A stretch of 64,000 nucleotides of DNA from Acidobacteriota bacterium (GCA_965263035.1 OZ253580.1:1568001-1632000), one strand, 5' to 3'; positions 38,635 to 50,613 are shown, counted from the first letter of the stretch. Numbers and translations are program-made. Notes: generated by a model not told the origin, from the letters alone.

Positions 38635-40405
38635 GAGCCTGTCCGAGAATTCGGCATTGAGCGACCTTCACCCATAACCATGCTCAGGGGCAATGGTCCA
38701 AGGCTCCGAAGACCCTCGAATCCTGGCCTCCGAAGCCGAGGGAACCGATGGATTGCTCTAATTCCGACGCGAAAAGAGGCTACAGAGGCCGATTTTTGAC
38801 TTCATCCGCCCTTATCCGCCCCTTTCTTACGCCCAGGCCGCTCGCTTCCCGAACTCCGGACACACCTCTCCCCGCAGAGCCGCAAGCATGATCTTTTTGA
38901 GATTGTGTGCCACGCAGACCAGCGAGAACTCCCCCGCCACTTTCGCCTTGCCCCGCAGCCCGAATCCCCGAAATCCCGAGTTCTTGATCTGCCCGAACAC
39001 CGGCTCCACGATCGTCTTGCGACGCGCGTAGATCGCCTGGCTCTCCGGTTTCGACATCCGCTCGTTCATCGCCCGTCGCAACGGCTCCTTCCCGTCGCTC
39101 GTGATCGTGCGCGCCGCCCCTGACTTCGACCGGCAGCAACGACGATAGTAGGCACAGGATCGGCACTCATCGATGTCCCCCTGATACACCCGCTGTCCCG
39201 TGCCGCGGGTGGTCTTCAACCTCAGCAGTTGGCCACCGGGACAATGAAAGCCGTCCTGCTCCTCGTCGTAACGAAAGTCCGCTTTCACCAAGTAACGCTT
39301 GCTCGCGTCCAGGTCCCCCTTCCCCCGCTTCTCTCCCCGGTCCGTCGCGATGTAGGCTTCCACCTTCCGATCCGACGTCTCCTGCAGGTTCTTCCCCGAG
39401 TAGTACCCGTTGTCCAAACTCAGCTTCTCCGGCAACCGACCGCTCGTCTCCTCCACCTCATCCAAGGCTGGAGCCACTTCCTGGGAATCGTTCGCCTGCT
39501 GGCTCACGTGCTGACCCACGATCACCTGCGACTTGCCGTCCACGCTGATCTGTGCGTTGTACGCGTACTCGAAGTCCCCTTTTTGCTTCATGATCCGCGC
39601 CTCGGGGTCCGCAAAGCTGATCTGCTTCTTGTCCTCGATCGCCTGACCCGGTCGAAGCTCCTGCTCCCGCGCTTCCAGCAGCTGCTTCATCTCCCGGACC
39701 TTCTTCAACCGCTGCTTCTTGTCGCGCAGGTCATCGGGCAGCTCATACCCGGTCCGCTCCTGGTAGACCCGATCCTCTTCCTCGTCGCAGCGGTCCGCCT
39801 GCCGGGTCAAGGCTTCGATCTCCTCGCACAATTCCTGCTCCTTCTCCTTCAGCCGTCCGTAACTCATCGCCTTGTGCTTCGAGCTGTTCGCCTTGAACTT
39901 GGACCCGTCCAGGCTCACGTGGCCCAAACTCACCAGCCCCAGCCCCATCGCCAGTTGCACCGTCTGCTTGAAGCAGGACCGGAAGAATTCCCCGTGGTCC
40001 TTCCGGAAATCGCTCAACACCCGGAAGTTCGGGCAGTTCCTCCCCGCGATGTACATGAACCCCAGATCCTCCCGGCAGCGCTGCTCGATCTGCCGGGAGC
40101 TGAACACGCCGCGGCTGTAGGCGTAGATCAGGATCGACACGATCTGACGCGGCGCGTAGGCGCGCTGGCCCCGGTCGCTGTACTGGGCCTCCACTTCCGA
40201 CGTGTCCAGTTGCTCGAACAGTTCCTGATAGAGGAAACATTCGTGATCCTCCGGCAAGAGGTCGAACACGTTGGCCGGAAACAGCTGACTCTGGTAGTAG
40301 TCTTTCGGGTAGGCTTTGAATCGCGGGGGCATCCAACATTCTCCTGATGATCAGATGCCCTGATTTTAAGGAGCTTCGGTGACAGCCCCGTTCTCGGACA
40401 GCCTC
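38635..40405 (-). mobile_element. IS1182-family insertion sequence (1771 bp)
   Basis: IRs GAGCCTGTCCGAGAA / TTCTCGGACAGCCTC; CTAG duplicated at 38631-38634 and 40406-40409. Confidence 0.92.
38827..40332 (-). CDS. IS1182-family DDE transposase
   Basis: SSRQIE..C..D, PNFRVLSDFRK, LDGSKFKAN, YNAQISVD, LDNGYYS, YARRKTIVEPVFGQIK. Confidence 0.93.
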   Translation of the reverse strand: MPPRFKAYPKDYYQSQLFPANVFDLLPEDHECFLYQELFEQLDTSEVEAQYSDRGQRAYAPRQIVSILIYAYSRGVFSSRQIEQRCREDLGFMYIAGRNCPNFRVLSDFRKDHGEFFRSCFKQTVQLAMGLGLVSLGHVSLDGSKFKANSSKHKAMSYGRLKEKEQELCEEIEALTRQADRCDEEEDRVYQERTGYELPDDLRDKKQRLKKVREMKQLLEAREQELRPGQAIEDKKQISFADPEARIMKQKGDFEYAYNAQISVDGKSQVIVGQHVSQQANDSQEVAPALDEVEETSGRLPEKLSLDNGYYSGKNLQETSDRKVEAYIATDRGEKRGKGDLDASKRYLVKADFRYDEEQDGFHCPGGQLLRLKTTRGTGQRVYQGDIDECRSCAYYRRCCRSKSGAARTITSDGKEPLRRAMNERMSKPESQAIYARRKTIVEPVFGQIKNSGFRGFGLRGKAKVAGEFSLVCVAHNLKKIMLAALRGEVCPEFGKRAAWA

Positions 40406-40409
40406 CTAG

Positions 40410-40518
40410 GAGGCTGTCCGAGAATAGACTATTTTCAAAAAGTATTGTTTGTAAACTATTGATTTATAAAGGGTTAAGTTTTCAAAAACTATGATTTTTC
40501 GAGTTCTCGGACAGCCTC
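40410..40518. mobile_element. 109-bp AT-rich MITE with the IS1182 ends
   Basis: Perfect 15-bp IR GAGGCTGTCCGAGAA...TTCTCGGACAGCCTC flanked by CTAG (40406-40409, 40519-40522). IHF-consensus match AATCAATAGTTTA on the minus strand (40464-40452). Confidence 0.88.
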
Positions 40519-41135
40519 CTAGGCGCCTTCGGCATGACCTTGCTCAGCCGAATCACGGCCCGCTTGAGCGCTTTGCGTGCCGCGTCCGCGGTCGGAAGAC
40601 GTTCGACGGCCGCGAGCTGCCGGTAGCTGTATCCGAGTTCCGCGCGTCCGACGATCAGCCGTCGATCACGGTCCTTCAAACCCTTGAGTCCATCCCGGTA
40701 ACGCTTCCACATCTCTTTTTTCCGCAACTGTTGATGCTGTGGAGACGCATCCTCAAAGGGACGAAGGGGTTCCTGAGGCAGCGTGACACGGCGGGCGTCC
40801 AGCCGTCGAGTGGCGCGTCGCAACTCGTCCTGGACGCGGTTCTCCACGGCGCGCCGCAGATATCCCCGCAAGGCGCTCATGTGCTTCGACTCGAACCAGT
40901 TGAGCCGCGCGAATGTATGATGCAGAACGTCTTGCGCCAAATCGCTCGTGGTGATCCCGTTGCGGGCCCACTGCGGCAGCCGGCCCCGCACGCGTCTCCG
41001 CACCCACGGCGCATACCGCGTGAACAGCACCTCGATCGCCGAGACTTTCCCCTGGCGCACCCGATCCAGGAGACGCCGCTCGGAACCGAGACTGTGCGAA
41101 ACATTCTCGCCCGACCGCTTCGATGATGGAGACAT
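40482..41135 (-). CDS. ECF sigma-70 family factor (Ser/Thr-kinase-associated type)
   Basis: sigma2: LFTRY...TTSDLAQD...[16 protein letters not shown]; sigma4: LKDRDRRLI...LGYSYRQLA...[10 protein letters not shown]. The last 12 codons derive from the MITE. Confidence 0.88.
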   Translation of the reverse strand: MSPSSKRSGENVSHSLGSERRLLDRVRQGKVSAIEVLFTRYAPWVRRRVRGRLPQWARNGITTSDLAQDVLHHTFARLNWFESKHMSALRGYLRRAVENRVQDELRRATRRLDARRVTLPQEPLRPFEDASPQHQQLRKKEMWKRYRDGLKGLKDRDRRLIVGRAELGYSYRQLAAVERLPTADAARKALKRAVIRLSKVMPKAPRRLSENSKNHSF

Positions 41136-41309
41136 ACGGTCCGCTAGCCAAAACGGGGCGGATCGCGCCGGAACGCCACGCCGCCGGCATCTGTCCTCAC
41201 CACTATCACGCGATCTCTCCGGACAGCCACGCCGCCGCGCGGCGGCGCGCCCGGTGCCGCGTCCTAAGGTGCCCGAATTCGCTGGCTTCGACAGATCCGA
41301 GTCCGGGAA

Positions 41310-42791
41310 TCATGGAAGGCGGGTTGAGCCCATGAGGAAGCGGTCGCACTCCCGGGCGGCTTCCCGGCCCTCCCGGATGGCCCAGACCACCAGGCTCTGC
41401 CCTCGCCGGGCGTCGCCGGCGGCGAAGATGCCCGGGACGCTGGTCGCGTAGTCGCCGAAGTCCGCCTGGATATTGGACCGGGGGTCCCGTTCCAGCCCCA
41501 GCAGATCGGGGAGCCGGTCCTCGGGTCCCAGGAATCCCATGGCCAGCAGGACCAGTTGGGCCGGCCACACCCGCTCCGTTCCCGGGATTCGTTCGAACGA
41601 CGGTCTTCCACCGTTCTGCGTCCACCGGATCCCCACGGTGTGGACCTCCTGCAGGCCGCCCGAGGCGTCGCCCTCCATCCTGACGGTCATGATGGAGAAA
41701 CGGCGGGGATCCGCTCCGAAGCGGGCGGCGGCTTCCTCCTGCCCGTAGTCCATGCGGTAGATCTTCGGCCACTGGGGCCAGGGGTTGTCCGGGGCCCGGC
41801 TGTCGGGAGGCCGGAGAAGGATCTCGAATTGCACCAGGCTGCGGCAGCCATGGCGAAGGGCAGTCCCGACACAATCGGTTCCCGTGTCTCCGCCTCCGAT
41901 GACGATGACGTCCTTGTCACGGGCCGAAATGTATCGCCCGTCCTCAAGACTGCTGTCCAGCAGGCTCTTGGTGTTGGCGTGCAGATAGTCCATGGCGAAA
42001 AGGACGCCGTCCAGATCGCGGCCCCCCACGGGCAGGTCTCTGGGCTCGGTGGCGCCGCAACAGAGGACGGCCGCGTCGAAATCGTCTCTCAGCTTGGAGG
42101 CCGGGTAGTTTCCGCCCACGTCCATCCCGGTGAGGAAACGGACGCCCTCGGCCGCCAGGAGCTCGACCCGGCGCCAAACCACGTCCTTGTCCAGCTTCAT
42201 GGCCGGGATGCCGTAGGTCAGGAGCCCTCCGATCCGATCCGCCCGCTCCAGGACGGTGACCTCGTGCCCGGCCTGGTTCAGCTGGTCGGCGCAGGCCAGA
42301 CCCGCCGGTCCCGACCCCACGACGGCGACCTTCTTTCCGGTGCGCCGGGAAGGCGGGCGGGGGACGATCCAACCCTCCTCGAATCCCCGGTCGACGATGG
42401 AACACTCGATGCTCTTGATGGTGACCGGCGGCTCGTTGATGCCCAGGACGCAAGAGCCCTCGCAAGGGGCGGGACAGACCCGTCCCGTGAACTCGGGGAA
42501 GTTGTTGGTCTTGTGGAGACGCTCCAGGGCCTCCCGCCAGAGACCCCGGTAAACCAGATCGTTCCACTCCGGGATCAGGTTGTGGATGGGACAGCCGGTG
42601 GCCATCCCGCCCATCACTTCGCCCGTGTGGCAGAAAGGGACGCCGCAGTCCATGCAGCGGGCTCCCTGGCGCTGCAGCGAGGAATCGGGCAGATGCCGGT
42701 GGAACTCTCCCCAGCTTCCGATCCGTTCGCCAGGAGTCAGGACCGGACCCGACTCCCGCTCGTATTCCATGAAGCCGGTGGGCTTACCCAT
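41310..42791 (-). CDS. gltD: Glutamate synthase small subunit
   Basis: [55 protein letters not shown]. Confidence 0.97.
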   Translation of the reverse strand: MGKPTGFMEYERESGPVLTPGERIGSWGEFHRHLPDSSLQRQGARCMDCGVPFCHTGEVMGGMATGCPIHNLIPEWNDLVYRGLWREALERLHKTNNFPEFTGRVCPAPCEGSCVLGINEPPVTIKSIECSIVDRGFEEGWIVPRPPSRRTGKKVAVVGSGPAGLACADQLNQAGHEVTVLERADRIGGLLTYGIPAMKLDKDVVWRRVELLAAEGVRFLTGMDVGGNYPASKLRDDFDAAVLCCGATEPRDLPVGGRDLDGVLFAMDYLHANTKSLLDSSLEDGRYISARDKDVIVIGGGDTGTDCVGTALRHGCRSLVQFEILLRPPDSRAPDNPWPQWPKIYRMDYGQEEAAARFGADPRRFSIMTVRMEGDASGGLQEVHTVGIRWTQNGGRPSFERIPGTERVWPAQLVLLAMGFLGPEDRLPDLLGLERDPRSNIQADFGDYATSVPGIFAAGDARRGQSLVVWAIREGREAARECDRFLMGSTRLP

Positions 42792-42825
42792 CTGGCACTC
42801 TATTCATACTCCTTGGCCGGCGTTC

Positions 42826-45800
42826 TTATCTGCCATCAGCTCGAGCCTTGTTCCGGGCGTTGACCTGGAACGCCGCCATGACGACCTCCGAATCGGAGAG
42901 GCCCTGGTCCTTCATCCGATCCTGGGTCTCCACCACCCGGCGGTAATCGACCGGATAGACCTTGACGAACCTGGCGGCCATGCCCGTTCCCGACGAGAGC
43001 AGTTGCCATCCAATTTCGCTTCCCGTCAGCTCCACATGCCTGCGCACCATGCGGGCCAGGATCTCCCCATCCTCGGCATCGTCCAGCGGCAGCAGTTCCA
43101 CCATCTCGGGATTGCAAACGGAGGAGAACTCACCCGATTCGTCCAACACGTAGGCGATGCCTCCGGACATTCCGGCGGCGAAATTCCGGCCGGTCGGACC
43201 CAGGACCACCACGCAGCCTCCCGTCATGTACTCGCAACCGTGGTCGCCGACTCCCTCCACAACGGCTCTGACCCCGCTGTTGCGGACGCAGAAACGCTCT
43301 CCGGCCAGACCCCGAATATAGGCTTCGCCGGAGGTGGCGCCATAGAAGGCCACGTTGCCGACGATGACGTTCTCCTGCGCCACGAAGACCGATTCCCGGG
43401 GAGGACGGACGATGATTTTGCCGCCCGAGAGACCCTTCCCGATGTAGTCGTTGGCGTCCCCCTCCAGGCTCAGGGTCATACCCCGCGGAATGAAGGCCCC
43501 GAAACTCTGGCCGGCGGAGCCTCGAAAACGAAGCTGGATCGTGTCCTCCGGGAGTCCCTTCCTCCCATACCGCCTCGTGACCTCGGACCCCACCATGGTG
43601 CCCACGGTCCGGTTCACGTTCCCGATGGGAAGACTCTCGGCGACGGGCTGCCCCCGTTCCAGCGCCGGCCGGCACAATTCCAGCAGCCGGGTTCGATCCA
43701 GGGCCGCGTCCAGCTTGTGATCCTGCGGGATCTGGCAGAACCGCCCCACGCTGGAGGGCATCTCCGGCCGGTACAGGATCCGCGAGAAGTCCAGACCCCG
43801 GGTCTTCCAGTGGTCGACGGCATCCCGGACACCCAATTTGTCGCTCCGGCCGATCATCTCGTCGATGCTCCGAAACCCGAGGCTCGCCATGAGCTCCCGG
43901 GCCTCCTGGGCGACGAAACGCATGAAGTTCACCACATGGGCCGGGTCTCCGGTGAATTTCTTCCGGAGCTCCGGATCCTGGGTGGCCACCCCAACCGGGC
44001 AGGTGTTCAGGTGACAGACCCGCATCATGACGCAACCCAGGACGACCAGCGGCGCCGTGGCGAACCCGAATTCCTCGCCGCCCAGCAGAGCGGCCACCAC
44101 CACGTCCCTCCCCGTCTTGAGCTGGCCGTCCACCTCCACCACGATTCGGCTGCGCAGGTCGTTGAGCAACAACACCTGGTGGGTCTCGGCCAGCCCCAGC
44201 TCCCAGGGGATCCCGGCGTGCTTGATGCTGGTGAGCGGCGAGGCTCCGGTCCCCCCGTCGTGGCCGCTGATGAGGACCACGTCCGCCCTGCCCTTGGAAA
44301 CGCCGGCGGCGATGGTGCCCACTCCCACTTCGGCCACCAGCTTCACGCTGATCCGGGCCTCGTGATTGGCGTTCTTCAAGTCGTGAATGAGCGCCGCCAG
44401 GTCTTCGATGGAGTAGATGTCGTGGTGCGGCGGGGGCGAGATCAGGCCCACTCCGGGCGTTGAATAACGAACCTTGGCGATCCAGGGGTAGACCTTGTGC
44501 CCCGGAAGCTGTCCTCCCTCCCCCGGCTTGGCGCCCTGGGCCATCTTGATCTGGAGCTCCCTGGAGTTGACCAGGTACTCGCTGGTCACTCCGAAACGGC
44601 CCGAGGCCACCTGCTTGATGGCGCTGTTGCGGGAATCGCCGTTGGGATCTGCCGTATAGCGCTTGGGATCCTCGCCCCCCTCCCCGGTGTTGCTCTTGCC
44701 GCCGATCCGGTTCATGGCGATCGCCAGCGACTCGTGGGCCTCCAGGCTGATGGAGCCGTAGGACATGGCGCCCGTTTTGAACCGCCTCATGATCTCCTCG
44801 ACCGGTTCGACCTCCTGGATCGGAATCGGCTCTTCGGAGTGCTTCAGACGGAACAGCCCCCTCAAGGTGCACAGTCTTCGGGTCTGGTCGTTGACCCGGC
44901 GGCTGTAGTCCCGATAGGCGCCTTCATCGCCGGTGCGGCAAGCGTATTGCAACCGGTGGACGGTCTGGGGATTGAAGAGATGGTGTTCACCGGTGCGGCG
45001 CCACTGATACTGGCCGCCCGACTCCAGAGGTCCGTCGCTCTGCTCTTCCCCGATCCAGGCCCGCTCGTGGAGGTGCCGGACTTCCGTCTCCAGGACCTCC
45101 ATCCCGACCCCGCCCACCCGCGACGGAGTCCCGGTGAAGTAACGGTCGACGACATCGGAGGCCAGACCGACCGCCTCGAAGATCTGGGCGCCCCGATAAC
45201 TCTGGACCGTGGAGATGCCCATCTTGGACATGACCTTGACCACGCCCTTGTTGACCGCCTTGACGTAGTTCTTCCGGCACTTCTCGTACGACCGGTCCGG
45301 AACGATCCCATCCCGAATCATGCCCCGGATGGTCTCCAGGGCCAGATAGGGATGCACGGCGCCGGCTCCGTAGCCGATGAGCAGGGAGAAGTGGTGGACC
45401 TCCCGCGGCTCGCCGCTCTCCACCACCAGGGAGGCCCGTGTTCTCAGCCCTTCCCGGATCAGGTGGTGGTGAACGCCCGAGACCGCCAGCAGGGCCGGAA
45501 TCGGAGCTTCCGCGCGGCCAGGGTCTCGATCCGAGAGAACCAGGAGGTCGCTTCCCGACGAGACCGCCGCCGCCCCCTCTTGACAGAGACGGTCCAGGGC
45601 CTGTTCCAGATCCTCTTCCTCGACCTTGAGAAAGGCCGGCAGTACGGTGGTCCGGAATCCACCGGGACCGCTGCCGTCGAGCCGGCGCAACTTCTCCATC
45701 TGGACGCCGTCCAGGATGGGCGAGGAGAGCCTGATCTGCTGAGCCGATTGGGGACGGGGGTCCAGCAGGTTCCCTTCCGATCCCAGGTGGGTGTCCAGGG

Positions 45801-47424
45801 ACATGATCAAGGCCTCCCGGATGGCGTCAACGGGAGGATTGGTCACCTGGGCGAAGAGCTGCTTGAAATAATTGTACAGAAGCTGGGGCCGGTCCGACAG
45901 CAGAGCCAGCGGCGTGTCGGTTCCCATGGAGCCCATGGCCTCGTGTCCTTCCGAGGCCATGGGAGCGATGAGCAACCGCAGATCTTCGTTGGTGTATCCG
46001 AAGAGATGCTGCTGCCGCCGGAGTCCGTCCCGGCCCAGGGCCGGAGGCCGCCCCCCGCCAGGAAGCAGGTCCAGAGGCGTCAGGTGTTCCCGAAGCCACT
46101 TGCGGTAGGGCCGGGCCACCGCGGCCTTCCGCTTGAGTTCACCGTCCGAGATGATTCGTCCTTGAACCGCATCCACCAGAAACATGCGGCCGGGCTGAAG
46201 GCGTCCCTTGCGGAGAACCTTCTGAGGCGGAACGTCCAGTACTCCCACCTCGGAAGCCAGGATCACCTGCCCGTCCGTGGTGACCGAGTAGCGGGAGGGG
46301 CGCAGACCGTTGCGGTCCAGCACGGCGCCGGCGCGAAGGCCGTCGGTGAAAGCGATGGAGGCGGGCCCGTCCCAGGGTTCCATCAGGCACGAGTGGTACT
46401 CGTAGAAGGCCCGCTTCGCAGGGTTCATGTCCGGGTCGCCGCTCCAGGGCTCCGGAATCATCATCATCATGGAATGCGGCAGGCTCCGCCCGGTCATGTA
46501 GAGCATCTCCAGGGCGTTGTCGAACATCGCCGAGTCGCTGCCGTCGGGGTCGATGACCGGCAGGACCTTGTCCAGATCCGGGCCCAGAAGATCCGATTCG
46601 AACAGGGCCTCGCGAGCCCGCATCCAATTGCAGTTGCCCTGCAGCGTGTTGATCTCCCCGTTGTGGCAGAGGTAGCGGTTCGGATGCGCCCGGCTCCAGT
46701 TGGGAAAGGTGTTGGTGCTGAAGCGGGAATGGACCATGGCCAGTCCGGTCTCCAGGGACGGCTCCACCAGGTCCGGGTAGAAGCCGGTCATCTGATCCGC
46801 CCGGAGCATGCCCTTGTAGACCACCGTCCGGGAGGAGAGGCTGGCCACATAGAACATCTCCTTCCGGCGGATGTCCGAGGCTCGAACCAGGTTCTCGACG
46901 CGGCGGCGAATGATGTAGAGCTTTCTTTCCAGATCCTGTCCCGGCACCGCCCCCCGGGCGCCGATAAAGATCTGGCGAATCACCGGCTGGCAGGCCTTCG
47001 CCGTCGGTCCCAGCAAGGAGTTGTCGACCGGAACGGTCCTCCAGCCCAACACCTCCTGTCCCTCTTCCCGAACCACCTCGTCCAGGAGCCTCTCGCACTC
47101 CCGGCGAGCCTCGCTCGGATCGGGAAGGAAGATCATGCCGACCCCGTAGCCGCCCTGGGCGGGCAGCCGAATCCCCGCATCGGCACAGGCGCCCTCGAAG
47201 AAGCGGTGGGGTGTCTGGAGCAGGATTCCGGCTCCGTCTCCCGTGTTCTCCTCGCAGCCGCAGGCCCCCCGGTGATTCAGGTTGAGGAGCATCTGAATGC
47301 CCATCTCCACGAACTCGTGGGAGACGCGCCCTTTCATGTCCACCACGAACCCGATTCCGCAGGCATCGTGCTCGAAGCGCGGATCGTAGAGCCCCTGTTG
47401 CTGCGGTCGTCCCCGGCGATTCAC
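42826..47424 (-). CDS. gltB: Glutamate synthase large subunit
   Basis: [55 protein letters not shown] repeats. Confidence 0.98.
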   Translation of the reverse strand: MNRRGRPQQQGLYDPRFEHDACGIGFVVDMKGRVSHEFVEMGIQMLLNLNHRGACGCEENTGDGAGILLQTPHRFFEGACADAGIRLPAQGGYGVGMIFLPDPSEARRECERLLDEVVREEGQEVLGWRTVPVDNSLLGPTAKACQPVIRQIFIGARGAVPGQDLERKLYIIRRRVENLVRASDIRRKEMFYVASLSSRTVVYKGMLRADQMTGFYPDLVEPSLETGLAMVHSRFSTNTFPNWSRAHPNRYLCHNGEINTLQGNCNWMRAREALFESDLLGPDLDKVLPVIDPDGSDSAMFDNALEMLYMTGRSLPHSMMMMIPEPWSGDPDMNPAKRAFYEYHSCLMEPWDGPASIAFTDGLRAGAVLDRNGLRPSRYSVTTDGQVILASEVGVLDVPPQKVLRKGRLQPGRMFLVDAVQGRIISDGELKRKAAVARPYRKWLREHLTPLDLLPGGGRPPALGRDGLRRQQHLFGYTNEDLRLLIAPMASEGHEAMGSMGTDTPLALLSDRPQLLYNYFKQLFAQVTNPPVDAIREALIMSLDTHLGSEGNLLDPRPQSAQQIRLSSPILDGVQMEKLRRLDGSGPGGFRTTVLPAFLKVEEEDLEQALDRLCQEGAAAVSSGSDLLVLSDRDPGRAEAPIPALLAVSGVHHHLIREGLRTRASLVVESGEPREVHHFSLLIGYGAGAVHPYLALETIRGMIRDGIVPDRSYEKCRKNYVKAVNKGVVKVMSKMGISTVQSYRGAQIFEAVGLASDVVDRYFTGTPSRVGGVGMEVLETEVRHLHERAWIGEEQSDGPLESGGQYQWRRTGEHHLFNPQTVHRLQYACRTGDEGAYRDYSRRVNDQTRRLCTLRGLFRLKHSEEPIPIQEVEPVEEIMRRFKTGAMSYGSISLEAHESLAIAMNRIGGKSNTGEGGEDPKRYTADPNGDSRNSAIKQVASGRFGVTSEYLVNSRELQIKMAQGAKPGEGGQLPGHKVYPWIAKVRYSTPGVGLISPPPHHDIYSIEDLAALIHDLKNANHEARISVKLVAEVGVGTIAAGVSKGRADVVLISGHDGGTGASPLTSIKHAGIPWELGLAETHQVLLLNDLRSRIVVEVDGQLKTGRDVVVAALLGGEEFGFATAPLVVLGCVMMRVCHLNTCPVGVATQDPELRKKFTGDPAHVVNFMRFVAQEARELMASLGFRSIDEMIGRSDKLGVRDAVDHWKTRGLDFSRILYRPEMPSSVGRFCQIPQDHKLDAALDRTRLLELCRPALERGQPVAESLPIGNVNRTVGTMVGSEVTRRYGRKGLPEDTIQLRFRGSAGQSFGAFIPRGMTLSLEGDANDYIGKGLSGGKIIVRPPRESVFVAQENVIVGNVAFYGATSGEAYIRGLAGERFCVRNSGVRAVVEGVGDHGCEYMTGGCVVVLGPTGRNFAAGMSGGIAYVLDESGEFSSVCNPEMVELLPLDDAEDGEILARMVRRHVELTGSEIGWQLLSSGTGMAARFVKVYPVDYRRVVETQDRMKDQGLSDSEVVMAAFQVNARNKARADGR

Positions 47425-48419
47425 GAGGCCCTCCCCGTCCGGAAACCGGTAGCGCCGGTTCGACCGTTGCCTCCCTGACCCAAAGCGGGAAGGTTGTTGC
47501 CGCGGGTCGGCCTCGTGGCGCGGGCCTTGCCCCCGTTGTTCCCCGAATCCTTCAGTAGTTCCATGAACCGGTGCGCCGCCAGACTGAGCCGGGCATGGCG
47601 CCGAATGATGACTCCCATGGGCCTGACCATGCCGGGCTCGGCCAGAGGCACCGCGGCCAGCGCACCCGACTTGACTTCCCGCAGCAGGGTGGGCTTCGGC
47701 AGCAGGGCCACGCCGGCTCCCACCTCCACGGCTTCCTTGATGTTCTCGATGTTGTCGAACTCCAGCACCACGTCCACGCTGACGCCCTGCTCCCGCAGGA
47801 AACGGTCGACCTGGCGCCGAATCACCAAGCCCTTCTCGAAGCCGATGTAACTTTCCTTGGCGAGGTCCTTGGCGTTAACGCTGGTGCGGCTGGCCAGCCG
47901 GTGTCCGGGAGGACAGACCAGCACCATGGGCTCGTCCCTCCAGGGACGTGTGGTGAGCTCCCGGGTGTTCCTGGGAAACGAAACCAGCCCCAGATCCGCC
48001 GTCCCCTCCACAACCCTCCGATAAACCCGATCCGGGTGCAGATAGTCGATGCGAACCTCCGCGTTCCGGTAGCTCCGGCGGATGCTGTCCACGTATTGGC
48101 TCATGTCCCTGAGCCCGACCGAATAGATGGCCGCCACCTGCACCGTGACCTCCATCCGCTCCCCCTCCTGACGAATGGAAGCTTCAAGCTCCGTGTATTC
48201 GCCCAGCATCTTCTTGCATCCCCGGTAATAGATCTTGCCCAGTTCCGTGGTCTGCAGAGGCCGGGTCGAACGGTCGATCAGGCTGATGCCCAGTTTCCTC
48301 TCCAACTGCAACATGGCTTGGCTGGCGGCGGACTGGGAGAGGCTGTTGAGACGGGCAGCCTGAGAGAAGCTGCGGAGGCGGACGACGTCACAAAACAACT
48401 TCAGGGACTCTATGCGCAT
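47421..48419 (-). CDS. LysR-family transcriptional regulator coupled to gltB
   Basis: [20 protein letters not shown] and substrate-binding domain; stop overlaps the gltB start (GTGA). Confidence 0.92.
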   Translation of the reverse strand: MRIESLKLFCDVVRLRSFSQAARLNSLSQSAASQAMLQLERKLGISLIDRSTRPLQTTELGKIYYRGCKKMLGEYTELEASIRQEGERMEVTVQVAAIYSVGLRDMSQYVDSIRRSYRNAEVRIDYLHPDRVYRRVVEGTADLGLVSFPRNTRELTTRPWRDEPMVLVCPPGHRLASRTSVNAKDLAKESYIGFEKGLVIRRQVDRFLREQGVSVDVVLEFDNIENIKEAVEVGAGVALLPKPTLLREVKSGALAAVPLAEPGMVRPMGVIIRRHARLSLAAHRFMELLKDSGNNGGKARATRPTRGNNLPALGQGGNGRTGATGFRTGRAS

Positions 48420-48699
48420 GAAGGTAAAAGCATACTCTTTTCTAATATCTTATCAACTCCGTATTAAATTATTGAATGATTGGACGAACCCTGGCGCGCC
48501 CGAGCCGAAGCTGAGTCAGGCCGCGGGAACAGGTAAACCGGGCGCCGCCCGGTTTACCAGGGTGCTTCCTCCGCGTATCATCTTGCCGGTCAAGTCAGAG
48601 ACCGGCTCCGCCGGGTCGCTGAGCCGCGGTGGCCAGGACCCGCGGGAGCCGGGGACCGGAGCGGTTTCTGGCCGCCGGCACCTGAGAGGAGATCCGAAA

Positions 48700-49593
48700 G
48701 TGAAGCGATTTCACGGAGTTTATCCGGCGCTGGTCACCCCCTTGGACGACCGCGGCAACATCCGGACGGGAGCCCTCCGAGACCTGATGGAGTGGCATTT
48801 GGAAGTCGGGGTCGACGGGTTCTACATCGCCGGCGGCACCGGGGAAGGCCTGTTGTTGACCCAGGACCAACGCCGGGCGCTCACCGAAGCAACCGTCCAA
48901 GCGGCCGACGGAAGGGCTCCCATCATCGTCCACGTGGGACACGTCTCCACCCGGGCGGCCGTCGATCTGGCGCGTCACGCCGCTGCGGCGGGCGCCGACG
49001 CCGTCAGTGCCATCCCGCCCATCTATTACGGCACGGATCCGGCATCCATCGTGGGGCACTACACGGCCATCGCCTCGGCCACGCCCCTGCCCCTTGTCGT
49101 CTATCACATTCCCGCGGCCACCCACTCCCAGATGACCGTGGGCCTCATGACCGATCTGCTCCGGTTGCCTACGGTCAAGGGGATCAAGTTCAGCGACTGC
49201 AACCACTTCCTGATGCGGCAGATCGGACTTCTGAGATCGGACCTGTTGGTCTATTCGGGAAATGACGAAATCTTCCTGTCCGGCCTGGTCATGGGGGCCA
49301 AAGGAGGCATCGGTCTGACTTACAACTTCATGCCTCAACTCTTCGTCGGAATCTACCAGGCCTTCCACGCAGGCGACCTGGCCCGGGCTCGGGAATTGCA
49401 ATGGAAAGCCTGCGCCATGATCGACGTTCTGCTGGGAATCAGCGGGTCCCCCCTTTCCGCGGCCAAGGTTCTGCTGCGGCACCTGGGATTCGAGGTGGGA
49501 GAAGTTCGGCGTCCGATTCGCCCGTTGACCCGTCAGGACACGGAGAAGGTGGTGGGCCGGATGACGGAACTGGGACTGGACCGGCGCAGCTGA
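48700..49593 (+). CDS. DapA/N-acetylneuraminate lyase family protein
   Basis: GVYPALVTP, GGTGEG, YHIP, GIKFS, GIGLTYN; GTG start after RBS AGGAG. Confidence 0.85.
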   Translation: MKRFHGVYPALVTPLDDRGNIRTGALRDLMEWHLEVGVDGFYIAGGTGEGLLLTQDQRRALTEATVQAADGRAPIIVHVGHVSTRAAVDLARHAAAAGADAVSAIPPIYYGTDPASIVGHYTAIASATPLPLVVYHIPAATHSQMTVGLMTDLLRLPTVKGIKFSDCNHFLMRQIGLLRSDLLVYSGNDEIFLSGLVMGAKGGIGLTYNFMPQLFVGIYQAFHAGDLARARELQWKACAMIDVLLGISGSPLSAAKVLLRHLGFEVGEVRRPIRPLTRQDTEKVVGRMTELGLDRRS

Positions 49594-49653
49594 AGGCCGC
49601 CGTCCAGCTTCGCGCGTTTCGACCGAATCGCGCCCCACGGTGAGCAACGGGGG

Positions 49654-50589
49654 CTACGGTTCCTGCTGCAGCCGTTCTTCGATCTCGCTCACGCGGATCA
49701 CGCCGTGCTCGGCGTCGTAGGGGAGTCCGCGGGTGGCGGCCACCCGGTCGATGAAGCTCAGGCCCAACGGCCCCGCATAGGTCTCAGGAGTGCTGAAAGC
49801 CGGGTCCTCCAGAGCTTCCGCCATGGAGATGAAGGAATACCCACGTTCCTGGAGCATCTGAATCGTGTCCTCCAGGAAACTGGCGGTGGCGATGGCGCAA
49901 TGCAGCCAGAGGATATGGGGGATGTTCCGGCCGAACACGGCCTGGGACTGGGCCTCGCCGTAATCGACCGCCTCGCCCACGTGCGCCAGGTAGATGGCCT
50001 TGAGCCTCTCCCTGACGGGGTCGTCGTTCTCGACGTCGAGAAAGATCCGGTTGAACCGGCGGTCTCCGGTCTTGATGGTGGCCGGAGCAATCTCATAACT
50101 GGCCCGGTAGAGCGCCTTGGCCACCCGTTTCTTCTTCTTTTCGTTATCCCCCTCGTGGAGGTAGGGGAACCGCAGATAGCGGTAGTTGAATCCCCTCCGG
50201 GATCTGGCCAGCAGCTTCAGATACTTCTGGCCGTCGCTCACGTGCTCCAGAAACTCTTTGGCCTTGAGCTGGTGAAGATCGACGTGGGCGAAGGTGTGGT
50301 TGCCCACGATGTGCCCCGCGTCCGCCCAGTCCTCCAACACGACGAAGGTGGCCAAGTCGTCCTGAATGCGCTCTTCCACCACGAAGCCGGCCGCAGAAAT
50401 GTCCCGCTGCTTCAGAGCGCGCAGGATCATGTTGCTGATTTCCCGGGGCCGCCAGTAGCCCACGGGGCCCAAGACCGGGAGATCGTCGAAGGTCAGAGCG
50501 ATTTTTCGGTCCGGCTCGGCAAGTCCGGGGACAGGCAGAAGAAAGACAAGAAGGAGCGGCAAACCGATGCGCCGGCCGAGTTGCCTCAT
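49654..50589 (-). CDS. Exported polysaccharide deacetylase (CE4)
   Basis: Signal peptide; IALTFDDLP, GNHTFAH, RFPYL, ILWLH. Confidence 0.87.
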   Translation of the reverse strand: MRQLGRRIGLPLLLVFLLPVPGLAEPDRKIALTFDDLPVLGPVGYWRPREISNMILRALKQRDISAAGFVVEERIQDDLATFVVLEDWADAGHIVGNHTFAHVDLHQLKAKEFLEHVSDGQKYLKLLARSRRGFNYRYLRFPYLHEGDNEKKKKRVAKALYRASYEIAPATIKTGDRRFNRIFLDVENDDPVRERLKAIYLAHVGEAVDYGEAQSQAVFGRNIPHILWLHCAIATASFLEDTIQMLQERGYSFISMAEALEDPAFSTPETYAGPLGLSFIDRVAATRGLPYDAEHGVIRVSEIEERLQQEP

Positions 50590-50613
50590 TTTCCTCTTCC
50601 TCCAATCCGGAGG

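Noticed and set aside
41200-41226. Third copy of the ECF motif upstream of the sigma (TGTCCG-gagagatcg-CGTGATAG)
   Set aside because: The spacer is 9 nt rather than 16 and the -10 box is mismatched; not counted as an autoregulatory promoter.
20635-41309. Integrative element or prophage boundaries for the accessory locus
   Set aside because: No integrase, tRNA, att-like direct repeats or phage genes were seen.
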